NCBI RefSeq assembly: GCF_018977255.1
Contig: NW_024704742.1
Coordinates: forward strand, 94,552,001-94,616,000
Length of the DNA: 64,000 nucleotides
Source of the DNA: Callorhinchus milii
Lineage: Eukaryota
Reading direction: 5' to 3'
Shown: positions 1-11,700 of the stretch, piece after piece
Layout of the letters: each line of letters opens with the position of its first letter
Position numbering within the stretch: position 1 is the first letter of the stretch
Made by a program: the position numbers and the translations under genes
The notes under the pieces: generated by a model
The model's input: only the letters and a program-made list of their open reading frames with translations
What the model was told of the DNA's origin: nothing
The model's database searches: none

Positions 1-354
1 GCGTTGGAGAATGGAGCACGTAAAAATAAGTCAGTAATCCTGTATAGGAAGTGCTTTGGTAACTTGGTAGATAGCTTCATTCTTAGACAGAACATGGCAA
101 CTCGGGCTCCAGGTCAGTTGCGTGAAGCACTTTGAGACGTTTTTGAATTGCAACCAGTGGGTGAAAGAATTACAATACAGTATGCATTTATAGAGTTCTT
201 TTCACATTGGGAGGATGTCTCAAAGTGGTTGTTACATGCTGTTCAGATCAGAAAAATATTCAGTGAATGTTCTTTGGTGTATAATTCTAGCCTCATCCAA
301 TATTATAATTGGGGTTCCTAGTATTCATTTTGTTTTAATTTATTAAAAACACAA

Positions 355-880
355 GTCAGCCTGGCTCAGTTGGTAACACTTTGGCCTCTGAGTAAGAAAA
401 AGGGTTGTGGGTTCAAGTCGCACACCGTGGATTGTGAAATCGTAGTCTAAGCCAGTGGTGGCCAACCTCTTTGATTAGCCAACAATTCAGTGTTTCTAGA
501 TTAACATTTCTTGATTTATGGCAGAAGTCTATGCTATCTTATTTCTATGATTATTTTGTTGGCCAACCAAAAAGGTTGCATGCTGGAGGAGCTACTTTTT
601 CGGATGACCCATTAAACCAAGGTCCTGTCTGCTTGTTCAGGTGGATGTTAAAGATCCCATAGTACCATTTGAAAAATTAAGAGAGTTTCTCCTGGTGTCC
701 TGGTCTACAATTCCCCAGATAAAATTGGTCATTCACTTTGTGACTGTTTGTGGGACATAGGTGTGTGCAAATTAGCTGCCACATTAACATACAAAATACA
801 CAGATTGACTCATTACAGTATATTTTGTGAAGCACTTTTAGACATCCTCCCAAAAATTAAAACTAAAATGCTACATAAAT
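355..880 (+). mobile_element. DeuSINE (SacSINE1-like) SINE, interrupted by a MITE
   Basis: tRNA-like head (GGCTCAGTTGG...GGTTCAAG) and Deu-like core ttcggatga..ttaaaccaaggtcctgtctgc..caggtggatgttaaagatcccat. Confidence 0.75.
453..585. mobile_element. hAT-like MITE nested in the SINE
   Basis: Left end CAGTGGTGGCCAACCTCTTTGATTAGCCAACAA is an imperfect inverted repeat of right end TTGTTGGCCAACCAAAAAGGTTG..CTG. Confidence 0.55.
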
Positions 881-1752
881 AAAGTAAATCTAGCCCCAGT
901 GGAATTTCTCTCCACTTGTACCTTAATACAACTGGTTGAGCTTGATCTACTTAAATGAAATTTTCAATATTGAAGGCTTTTATATCCTGCAGACCTGGGA
1001 TATAACTTGTGCACAATATAAAGGATTATGTTGTAAACAACCCCGTGTTATGCAGAAGCGTGTTGTAGTGGTATGTTCACTGTACAAAGATATAGTCCTC
1101 AGTTCTTCCACATATTATTTTAACCTATTCTAAATTGATCAACACAGCTCCACAAAAGCACACCATTCTGAATTGTACCTTATTAATTGCTCTGGCTCCT
1201 ATTTTAGTGTCAGCCCGCACTCTTGGGAGATTTTATATTGTAATTGTCTCCTCCTCCCATCTGCTTGTATAGATATATTTAAAATAGCAAAGAAGCTGAC
1301 ATACAATACAGAAGTGTGGTAGAGTGGGTTGTTAATCTGTTAGTTACACTGTACAAATAGGGGCATGATCTTGTACAAGCACCAGAGCCAATTCCAACAA
1401 ATTGCAAGGCTGAAATTAATGTCTTGAGAAATTTCTTCTACATTCATGTGTTTGTAGATTTACTGAACTGTTTTCTTCAGGGACTGAAACACCAGAAATA
1501 ATTGCCTCTTATCTTATAGAATATTATAGTATGAAAATAGGCCATCAGGTGTGCACTACTGTATTTATTTTTCCCTGTGAGCCACCAATCCCAATTTTCC
1601 TCTCCTCCACACTCCATAATAGCCTTTAATCTTTTTCATGTTTACCTGATTCTTATTTAAAGTAATTTGTTGGACTTTGTTGCAATAAAGTTGTAGCTGG
1701 AATGTGTCTTTAAATGGTTGCTTAAAGTGTCCCACTTCCTTGAAACCCGCAG

Positions 1753-1890
1753 ATAACGCAAACCAAGATCGTGATGAGGGGTTTGTAGATCCTTTGAAGT
1801 CGGAAGAAGCTGAAGATTATGATGGAGATGAAGGAAATGTTGCAGAGTTTGAGGCTGACAAAGAAGCGGAACTTGCTGGAGACACACAAG
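1753..1890 (+). CDS. GOLM1: GOLM1 penultimate coding exon (138 nt, phase 1-1)
   Basis: cccgcag|AT...CAAG|gtatc. Encodes ...EDYDGDEGNVAEFEADKEAELAGDTQ, resembling the acidic GOLM1 C-terminus (human DDYNMDENEAESETDKQAALAG, from memory). Convergent with NAA35 as in other vertebrates. Confidence 0.8.
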
Positions 1891-2642
1891 GTATCAATGT
1901 AGTGCATTGATTTTTTAAAAAAAAGTTAACAAATGTGTTAATTATTTCTCATTCTTTCACCTTCCGCAACAACTACTTGCATTGTGCCCTCAACACAGCA
2001 AAGCTTCTCAGAGCTCTAAGATCTGAGTGCACAGTCACAGAATTGACTTAAAACAGTTGTGCGATTGGAATTAGGAATTTCTCAGGTTGGAAGAAGGCTT
2101 TGGTTGGCAACCCCAGGGGTCTGCTTCAGGCTCTTTGTTATTTTTAATACATTTATACAAGCATGTGGGAGGAGGAGAGGAAAATCTCCCAAGTGAGAGG
2201 GCCGATGCCAAAATAGGAGCCAGAGCAATTAATAAGGTAAAATTCAATCCGATTCAGAATGCTGTGCTTTTGTGTAGCTGTGTTGATGGATTTAGAAGTG
2301 GTTTATAACATGAATAGGTTAAAATAATATGTGCAAGAACTAGGGACTCTTATGTTAATAGAATGTACTACAGTGTACTGATAATGAGGGAGAGATCCAG
2401 TAGTCATCTCTTTGGAGTTTCTACCTTTCAGCCTTGCTGCCCTGCTCTCTGGAACTCCATCCCAGAGAGCCTCCATCTTTTCCTTCCCTCCCCTCCCTAA
2501 GATTTGTCTATACGATCCACTTTGAGTCACCATCTCATCCTTTTCCTCCCCCACCCACCCCGCACCCAGGCTCCTGGTCAGCTGTGGTGAAGTACCTTTA
2601 GTTATTCTAACATGAAAGGTGCTGTGTAAGTGTAAATTGTTG

Positions 2643-3272
2643 TCTGCAGCTCGTGTACTGTCCCGCACCAGGCTTCGGGACCACATCACTCCCACCCTCG
2701 CTCGCCTCCACTGGCTCCCCATCCCCCAGAGGATTGATTTCAAGATCCTCATCCTCACCTACAAGGCCATTCACGGCCTTGCTCCCTCCTACCTCTCCAA
2801 CCTACTATCCCCCTACCTACCTGCCCGTACCCTCCGTTCCTCCGGCTCCGGTCTGCTCCACGTCCCCCGCCCCAACCGCCCTACCATCGGTGGTCGGGCC
2901 TTCAGCCTCTCAGCCCCCAGGCTCTGGAACTCCATCCCCCAGTGCCTTCGCCGCCTCCTCCCTTTCCTCCTTTAAGGCCGGTCTCAAAACCTTTCTCTTT
3001 GACCGTGCCTTCAGCTCCCCTCTCGACTCTCTTCCCCCTCCTTGCTCCCTCCCTTCCCTCCCCTCACCCTGACCATTTCCCCCCTCCTCGCTCCCTCCCT
3101 TCCCTCCCTCACCCTGACCATTTCCCCCCTCCTCGCTCCCTCCCTTCCCTCCCCTCACCCTGACCATTTCCCCCCTGCTCGGGTCATGACCCAACTGTCC
3201 AGCGCCTTGGGACGTCCTCCTGACGTGAAAGGCGCTTTATAAATGGAATCTTGTTGTTGTTGTTGTTGTTGT
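2643..3272 (+). mobile_element. young L2-clade LINE 3' fragment with a 42-bp x3 tandem repeat (~3035-3180) and (TTG)n tail
   Basis: [29 protein letters not shown]...[17 protein letters not shown] is the L2 ORF2 C-terminus. It sits directly after the tail of an older L2 remnant (~2425-2642). Confidence 0.9.
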
Positions 3273-3353
3273 CGCTAAGTGAAACGTAAACTGGAATTAA
3301 TTTTTTGACATGCTGCTGACAAGAACCCTGCATTTATTTTAAACTTCCAACAG

Positions 3354-3424
3354 GCCAGGGGATCAAAGATCTGAAGAAAATTGAACAAGATAAAAATGAC
3401 CAAAAGCTTAAACAGATACTATGA
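3354..3424 (+). CDS. GOLM1: GOLM1 terminal coding exon (GQGIKDLKKIEQDKNDQKLKQIL*)
   Basis: Acceptor ttccaacag|GC is in phase with the previous exon; TGA at 3422-3424; followed by a long repeat-poor AT-rich tract. Confidence 0.65.
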
Positions 3425-5260
3425 AGAAAACACACCTTTGATATCCTTTTTACCCCGGTTTAACGCAACATTGGCTGATGTTACAATTTTATACGCTTTA
3501 ATGAAGTAATAGTGTTGCCCACAAAGGGTCATGACTTTGGGAAAAACTAGAGCTTGTGATAATCACGAGTGAGCTTCCGGTGACTAGGGTTCACGTACTG
3601 TAAGTGAAGGGGATTGGAGATTATCCAGCTGGTTGAAAATCTATGTTTGTTTGAAACTCTGATTGAGGTAACAAAGCCTGTATTAAGCATTCGCTTGGGA
3701 TCAGTCTAAATTATGTGATTTAGATAATAGGCTGAGTGTGTTTCGGTTTATGGCCTAAATTCTGTTGCCATGGCGGGTTTGAATGGTGATCATAACCATC
3801 TTTAACATGTCTCCTTAATCCGGGCGCATGTTTGCTTCATACGTGTTAGTGTCATTTTTACAGGTGACGGGTGTTAAATGTAGAATTATTTGTTTTGTCT
3901 CTACAAATATTACAGAGAATTGTCTTTTTTCAGATGTTGCGTGCTGTACTTGTTTGAAAAGGTTGTTCAGCACTGAATGGGTTACTAAAGTGGCCAGGTA
4001 TCACATGAAGATTTTACACGCGTGTAAAGCGGAAAGGCTGCCTGCAGAAATGCAGTGTGCCTTGTAGTGTTTGTTTAAATGGTTTTCCTATGATAGCAAA
4101 TTTATTGGTGGAATTGTATTTGGAAGTTATGGAAAAAGTCATTAACTTACCAAATATGTTCAGTATGAGAATTGCTTATCACCTGCATTTTAAGTGTGTG
4201 GCGGAGGGGAGGAAAGAAAATACATTTTTAAAAAGATTTTAGGCTAAAACTGTTGACCATGCAACAAGAGTTGGAAAGGATATTCTGGTAATCTTGCCTT
4301 TGTAAACTACAGTACATTTTGGAATGACAAATGCATTTTTCTGTGAATCCGAGAAATCATAATGTAATTCAACTCTGACCCCCAAAATTTACGCAGGTGG
4401 TCTTATTTTCATGCATGCTAAACCTGGGCAGGAGGAGAAATTATAAAACGTTTTTCCTGCATCCTTCTCAAGATCTATGAGCACAGATGTAATAGTTTTA
4501 AAAGCAAGCAGATTTGATGTTTCTAGTATGTACAATTTTCAAAAATTCTTACAGCTTTAGCCTGGTAGTTTTTAATGTCCTGATTTTTACATTTTTGGCC
4601 ACTTTTATTTTTTTCATTCCTTCCTCCCATTACATTTTCTACATCTGAAAAACGTGTGTACTTTTGTCGTAATTTACAGCTGGTGCCTTTGAAGGGGAAA
4701 ATAAGTTGTGCAATTGATTTAGCTTCATAAATTTATAGAAATGTTTAAGGTGACATTATCAACAATGATGTCCTCCCTGTTGAGCCAATGAATGTGAAGT
4801 TACTGCTGTGCTAATGGAAGCTCTTCATTGATCTGGACCTAGGTGGTTGGTATATGTAGCTTTCAAGATTTGGGTGGGCTTGGGACTTTCCATTAGCTAT
4901 TTGAATTGTTTTCATTTCAGTCGAGAGAGGTGAAATTCATGATCCCCGAGTTGAGCTGGAATTTACAACGCTCAATTCTCCATTACGAGTCACAAAGGAA
5001 TGGTTTTGTTAGGTTACCTTCAAATGCCCCATGGAATTTATCAAATATGAGCAAACCAGTAGTCAAGATTGTCATTCAAGTTAAAATCTCTGGTTGGCTG
5101 ACCAATACTTTACGTATCTGGATGTAAAAGTGTTAATGTTTTATTTTAAGTGGTAACTTATTATTGGAATGCAAAATATATGAATTTCCAAATTTGTTCC
5201 AAGTACTTGAAATCGTTTTCTCAATTTACTTAATAAAAAAAACTCTTAAGCAAACATTTG
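3425..5260 (+). other. GOLM1: putative GOLM1 3'UTR with polyA signal AATAAA at 5232-5237
   Basis: About 1.8 kb with no recognisable repeats after the stop codon, ending at AATAAA with downstream GT/T-rich sequence. Confidence 0.5.
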
Positions 5261-5404
5261 TGTCCTTGTTTATGAAATTTCATTCCACTTCAAGATATTT
5301 AAAATGTTTTATTATATAAAATCAACGTCTCACAGTTGAATTGAAATCGATTAGATTGATAATTCTGCAATTATCAATTTTCATTTTGTTCACATACAAA
5401 GTAG

Positions 5405-5760
5405 TGTCAATCTGGCTCATTCAGTGGCATTGTCATCATTGGGTCAGAAGGTTGTCGGTTCAAGCCCCAATTTAGGATTAGGTGATCTTAGTCTATAGAC
5501 AAACATTCTGCTTCAGTATTTGTGGAAAGCTGCATTGCCAGATCGTCCCTTTTTCTATTGAAATGTTAAATTAAGGTCCTCTCTATATCAGTTGGATGTC
5601 AAAGATCTCATAATACTACTCGGAAAGAGAAGTAAGTGACCCAGTATCTTGGTCATTCAACTTGTTAGGAATACTTTGCTAAGTGTAAATGGCTGCTGCA
5701 TTACAACACATTGTATTTATATAGCTTCTTTCACATTGGAAGGACGTCGCAAAGCCCTGA
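5405..5760 (+). mobile_element. degenerate DeuSINE
   Basis: tRNA-like head plus Deu-like core. Confidence 0.55.
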
Positions 5761-7039
5761 ACAGTAAAGGGTTTGCACCCGAGCTGGGGGTTAGAATCAA
5801 AAGGGGTGGAGGACAAGCCCTTTATGCTTAGTCTCTACAGTTGATTGTAATTTCCGTTAAGTTAAAAGTTTAACTTTCAAAACTCTGGTTTCATTAATTG
5901 TACTCCACATTGGGTAAAATGTGTATGTAGAGAAACCTTCAGTATTTCAGCTCTTCCCCCATTAACTGACCACATGGTGTGCTATTTTGTGCATTGATTC
6001 GGGACAGGAAACTGTGTATTTGAATTTGTGTGAAAAGAGTATTCTGCAATACAAAGCAACATGATCAATCCTTACTTAAACTTTGGGCTTTATTAATTGT
6101 GGGTGATTATCTGAGGACTTGCACTTGTTTGAGAACATGTCATGGACAATCCAATACCCCATTAACAGAGCCCTTCAGATTTAGTGATGTGTCAGGTTCA
6201 TTTACTAACAACAGTTTCTGAGCTTACATTTTAAAGACTAATATTAAAAAACTTATAGGGAATGAAGACTTCTCAACTGCTGCCACCCACTGTTAGCATT
6301 GAGTACAGGACAGCTGACATTAAAAACTCTTCTATTCCAGAGAAATGTCCTCTACACCAATGTGACTTTCTATTTCCCTACAGACCAAATCAATATGTTT
6401 TGATTTATATTATTTTTTCTCTGGTATGTTTGGATCAGATCTTGTTAATACATGAGCCCTTTTTGAAAGCAGGGTGAACAATATGAAATCAGGATTAACT
6501 TATTTCGATAAAACTGTGAGGGCTAACTGGGAGATATTACTGAGTTTGCCAAAGTGTGAGGGAATTAAGTTAATAGTTGACATTTGAGATTGCTGAAGTA
6601 TCTGTTGTTAATGATCATCTCAACTGAGATTTCACCCCTGTCTGGTTTGGTAACTCTTTCAAGGCACTGTTAAGCTTTATTTACTTTTTTTCACAAATAT
6701 AATATTCTATGATTATAAAATTAAACTATGAAATTGAATGGATTATTGGTTCCTACAATTACATAATTAAGGATACATTGAAAACCATATGGTTTGTACA
6801 TATCCCAAATTAGACTCCAATAACGCATAGCAATTGAAATTTTTTTTTCAAATAATTTAGCTTTACATGGAAACAGTCAGCAAATCTCTCACATTAAAAG
6901 TTGACTGCACAATGTCTAGTCAAATAGTGCTTACACCTTTGCTGTAACAGCTATGGGAATAGGATATTTAGGGTTATCAGCCCACACTGATTCAATGTAT
7001 AGCAGATGCTCAACTTTTAGTTTGACTGAAGCATAAGTA

Positions 7040-7315
7040 ATAATAATCCCTGCATTTGATTATAGTGCCATATCATGTCTTTGAGACGTCTCAAAGCACT
7101 TCACAAAATATACTGTATAGTGACTATATTTTGTGGTTGAAATGCGGCAGCCAGTTGCGCACAGCGGTGTCCCACAAACAGTTGTGGATTGAGTGAGCAA
7201 TTTATTATTGTTTTGAAGGAATTATTACCTTTGCCCAATGTTTTGCCCTGCCAAGAATCAAACCCAGGTCTCTCGCTTGCGAGGGGAGTGCTCCAACCAC
7301 TGAGCTACAGGACTT
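7040..7315 (-). mobile_element. tRNA-Ala-derived SINE, older copy
   Basis: Same family as 24570-24890. Confidence 0.8.
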
Positions 7316-7996
7316 TCCATGTAAATGATGCTGTATGAACATTGTAAAATGTCACATAAATAGAAGATGCTGTTTGAACTAACCACTGATTACATAAATC
7401 TCAAATGATTATTTTCTGGTGTTCCTGTTTTTAGACTGTTGCAGTGCCATTCAGCCCAGACAATCTTTGCCAGCGTTTATTCTCCACATGAGCCTTAACC
7501 CTTTCTATTCTCTATTCCTGCATATGCATTAAGTTTCTTCTTAAATATGGCTGATACTTTCTGCCTCAGCTTCTAGCTCAGTTCCACTTTCTTGCCACAA
7601 AGAGGTTCATCCCAACCTCCTATCGGCCTTATTTTAGACTTGACAGCAAGTGCAAATGGCATATTAATGTCCTTTTTATCAAATCCTTTCAGTTTCAAAC
7701 ACCTCTTTCAAGTGCCATCTCCAGAGAGAAACTTAACCTATCAAACTTTCCTGACAGCTCTACTCACTTACCCCTGGTAACTGCAAAGTAAATCTACACT
7801 ACACACTTTCCACTACTACAATATCCTTCCTGTAGTACGGTGACCTGAACTACACAGGATTGCAAATGTGGTTGAACAAAGGTTTTATATAAATTTTACT
7901 TCCCTACTTTTGTACTCTCACAAGTTTTTGTAGCTGATGTATAATCTCAGTTGTAGATGCATTATGTGAATCCACATTTCCTACAGACACTTCTGG

Positions 7997-8311
7997 ATAA
8001 TAATAATAATAATAATCCTTGCATTTGATATAGCGCTTTTCATGTCAGGAGGACGTCCCAAAGCGCTTCACAGAACACACTGTAAAGTGAATTGACTGTA
8101 TATTTGTGGGCGAACGCGGCAGCCAATTGCGCACAGCAATGTCCCACAAACAGTCGTAGATTGAAAATGACCAATTTATTATTGTTTTGTTTTTTTTGGA
8201 GGGATTATTATTAGGCGTGTGGAGTAAGGAAACTTGCCCAAGGTTTCGCCCTGCCTGGAATTGAACTCAGGTCTCTCACTTGCAAAGCGAGTGCTCTAAC
8301 CACTGAGCTAC
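7997..8311 (-). mobile_element. young tRNA-Ala-derived SINE
   Basis: Near-identical reverse complement of 24570-24890. Confidence 0.9.
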
Positions 8312-8399
8312 GATGGAGATATTTGCATTTTTGTTCATACTTGATCTGGTGTTTTGGTAGTATGCTCTTGTTTATATGCAAGCACAACATTCATATGAA

Positions 8400-8675
8400 G
8401 CCAGAAATGTTTTATAAGATTTATTTCTTCTGGGAGGGGGGGCAGGGCAATGGTGAATGAATTTCATGTTCTTCACTGTGTTGAACGACTGCTGAGAATG
8501 GAAGGTTCCAGCCTCTGCTCCAGTATGAATTCCAAACATTTTAGTAAAAGGTCACACTGTTAACACTGCACAACAGCACATACAAGGCAATGCTGCTTAT
8601 GTGCCTCAGTCATCTTCTACTTCTCCGGAGTGAAACATTTCAAGTCCTCAATTTCAACTGTTCTCTTCATTTGAG
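8400..8675 (-). other. NAA35: NAA35 3'UTR, polyA signal AATAAA at 8420-8425 (minus)
   Basis: tttatt on + at 8420-8425, about 250 nt past the stop codon. Confidence 0.55.
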
Positions 8676-8735
8676 TCAGACTAACTTCACGATTGGAAAA
8701 TATTTGTGAACAGAAAAATCAAATTCTGGAGGAAC
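8676..8735 (-). CDS. NAA35: NAA35 exon 23 ([19 protein letters not shown])
   Basis: ttaag|GTT; TGA at 8678-8676. Confidence 0.95.
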   Translation of the reverse strand, partial: VPPEFDFSVHKYFPIVKLV

Positions 8736-11700
8736 CTTAAAAAAAGCAAAATAAATATATAATACTTAAACAGTGATACATAACTAACTAGTGTGATTTC
8801 AAACAGTGCAGAATTCCATACTGCCTTGCTAAATGAAGATGAGATACATTTGTGTTCAGCCTAGATTTTATGCATTTCTCTTTCTATGGAGATATTCATA
8901 AATAACAAAACAAATACAGAATACTCATTCTGCCTGGAGTTTGAACATTTAATTGGGAACAGAACAATCTTTTAAAAGATCCTGTCCTGAGAAGAAAGGC
9001 AAGTTGTTTTCCTGATTTTGATTGATTATTTCCAGTTCTAGTCAAAATCAGCTAATACAGCAGAAACTAGAAATATAACCTGGGATTTTCGGCAACAACA
9101 ATGCTATTTGAAAGGGTGACCCGAGAGGATAATTCTCATTTACAATTAGGATTCAAAAAAGTGCTGCCTTCTGTATTTGATCATCATGCAAGAGTATTTG
9201 AATTAGAAACAGTGACAGCAGGATGAGGGGAAAACAGGGATAGTGACAAAGCAATGATTGTTGCCATATACATTAATAGTTCCTAATATACTCATGAACA
9301 AAATAGAACCATCAGGATCATTTCAGTACTTACCTTAGATTCTTTCTTGTGGCCTCCTGCAAGCAACTTCATTACCACAATATTAGGTTTTGCAACTTTC
9401 AGAATTCGATTTACCTGAAAAAACAAAGTGCACCCTCAAAACAATGTTTTAAAAACCTATAAAATGAATCAAGGATGAACACACTCCAATATAAAAAGAT
9501 TTCATGCCAAGATTAGGAGGAAACATCTTGTATTCAAGCCATGACCCGCTCTGCCTTCCCTCACCTCCGTAACATCACCTGACTCCGCCATTACCTCAGG
9601 CCGCTGAAACTCTTGTTCATGCCTTCATCACCTCCAGGCTCGACTAAGCAAATGTCTGCTTGTCGGCCTTCCCAACTCCTCCCTCCACAGGGCTGTAGAT
9701 AATCCAGAACTCTGCAGCCCGTGTCCTCTCCCGCACCAAACTCGTGATCCCATCTCCCCCATTCTCGCCCGACTCCACTGGCTCCCTATCCTTCAGAGGA
9801 TTCAGTTCAAGATTCTGGTCCTCACCTACAAAGCCCTCAATGGTCTCGCCCCACCCTATCTCTGTGACCTCCTAACCCCCTACCAACCCGCACGCTCCCT
9901 CTGCTCAGCCGGCTCTGGCCTGCTCCACGTCCCGCTCCCCGCCTGCCCCACCATTGGCGGGAGAACCTTCAGCCACTCTGACCCCAACCTCTGGAACTCC
10001 ATCCCCCAATCGATCCGCCTTGCTCCCTCCTTCAAGTCCTGCCTCAAAACCCTCCTCTTCGACCATGCCATTAATCACCCCCCTTTCCCTCCCCTCCCTT
10101 CTCCCCCCAACTCCAACTCGGGTCTGTCCAGCGCCTTGGGACGTCATCCCGACGTGAAAGGCGCTATAAAAATGTAATCTTGTTGTTGTACTGAATACCT
10201 CGCTGGATCTTTGTTTTGTCAGATGGGTATCTAACATGGAAACCCATCACCATAATTAAAAATAACCAAACCGCGTTCTATATAGGCATGCAACCTACAC
10301 ATGGACATTTCCTTCTGTCTGGAATGGAGTGTGTACTCTCTCCCCAGAGAGATGTACCCTTTTTATCTAATTCTGGTGAGAACTAATTAATTCCCTGCAC
10401 ATTCTGGTGAAAAACCTGTAGGTTTATCTAGGTGTTTGGATTGTGATAAATTTCCCAATGCTTGTTCAACCCTAGTGGAACACCCTACTCATTAAGGCTT
10501 TCGTTTGCAAGGTTAATAAGGGAATGGGATGAATCTCCGCCCCACTGACCAGTCTGTGGCCTCTTCCTTTCCCAAAAAGCCAGGCTATCCAGTCTGTTAA
10601 CAATGTCTTGAAGTATTACAGACATAACTGGCTCAGGAACTGGATTACGTAACTCCACCACAGAAGGTTCACTTGATTCCTTCTATTACCAAGCACATTA
10701 CTTTGAAGCTAACTCAGCTCTAAGAAGACCTTTGGAGCTTACCCCTTTCCAACTTCACCTCTCCCCCCTCAAGTTTACTTCAATAGTCACTAGCTGCAGG
10801 ACCTTAATGAACTCTATTCAGATAAATGAGGAAGAATTATTAGTATAAAAGTTATGTTAAGTGGAAAAGGATGTGTTATTCAAAAAGGACATGTTTTTAG
10901 TTCATAATGTGTATTTATCCACCCTGAGATGCTATCCTGTGTGGAGGGCGCTATATAAGTGTAAGTTGTTGTACTTATATGTGACGTGCACACCTTAGTA
11001 TAGAAGTTCAAGAAAACCTTTTGACCTGAAAGACTATCTATAATAAAGTGCACAGTACCTCATTATCTGGATTAGGGATGTTTTCCAGTATTAACTTAGC
11101 TTGCTGGAAGTTCTTACTGGCAGCCATGTAAAGGTCTGGAGACTGAGGAGGGGGAGTGTACTTGTTGAGGTCTGACATTTCCTATTTGAAGATAAAATTT
11201 AAAGAGTTCCTTTAAATCAACAAGACACACACACATACATACATACATACATAAAGCCTTTGCCCTCTAGTCAGCTCTTAATTTGTAAGCTGGTTCTGAA
11301 GCAGGATATTTCAAACCTCAGAACTGAGTTGTTTCCATGATTTCTATTTCTTGACTTGGTAATTCATATAATGGGTATATTGTTCTTCAGTACAATTACT
11401 GCTAAAAATAAAACATGCAATAAAGTCTATATTTCATGGTGGTAACACTATCTTCAATTAAACTAAATTTTTGTATAGGGGGTTGATCTAAACACAATCT
11501 ACCTCCATCTGTCCTTGCCACGGCATCTGAAAAAAATGGATGATTTGCCTCATGTATCATGAAAACAACAGAAACTGCATGATAAAACCGGTAGCTGCAT
11601 GAAAATTCAACACCAGTATCAAAACAGAACAGATTGATTTGTCCATTAAATATTCTATCAGACATACAATATTGTGTAAAATTTAAATATGCTATTTGTT

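Noticed and set aside
1..30. 3' end of an upstream GOLM1 exon
   Set aside because: Too little sequence to fix the frame or donor.
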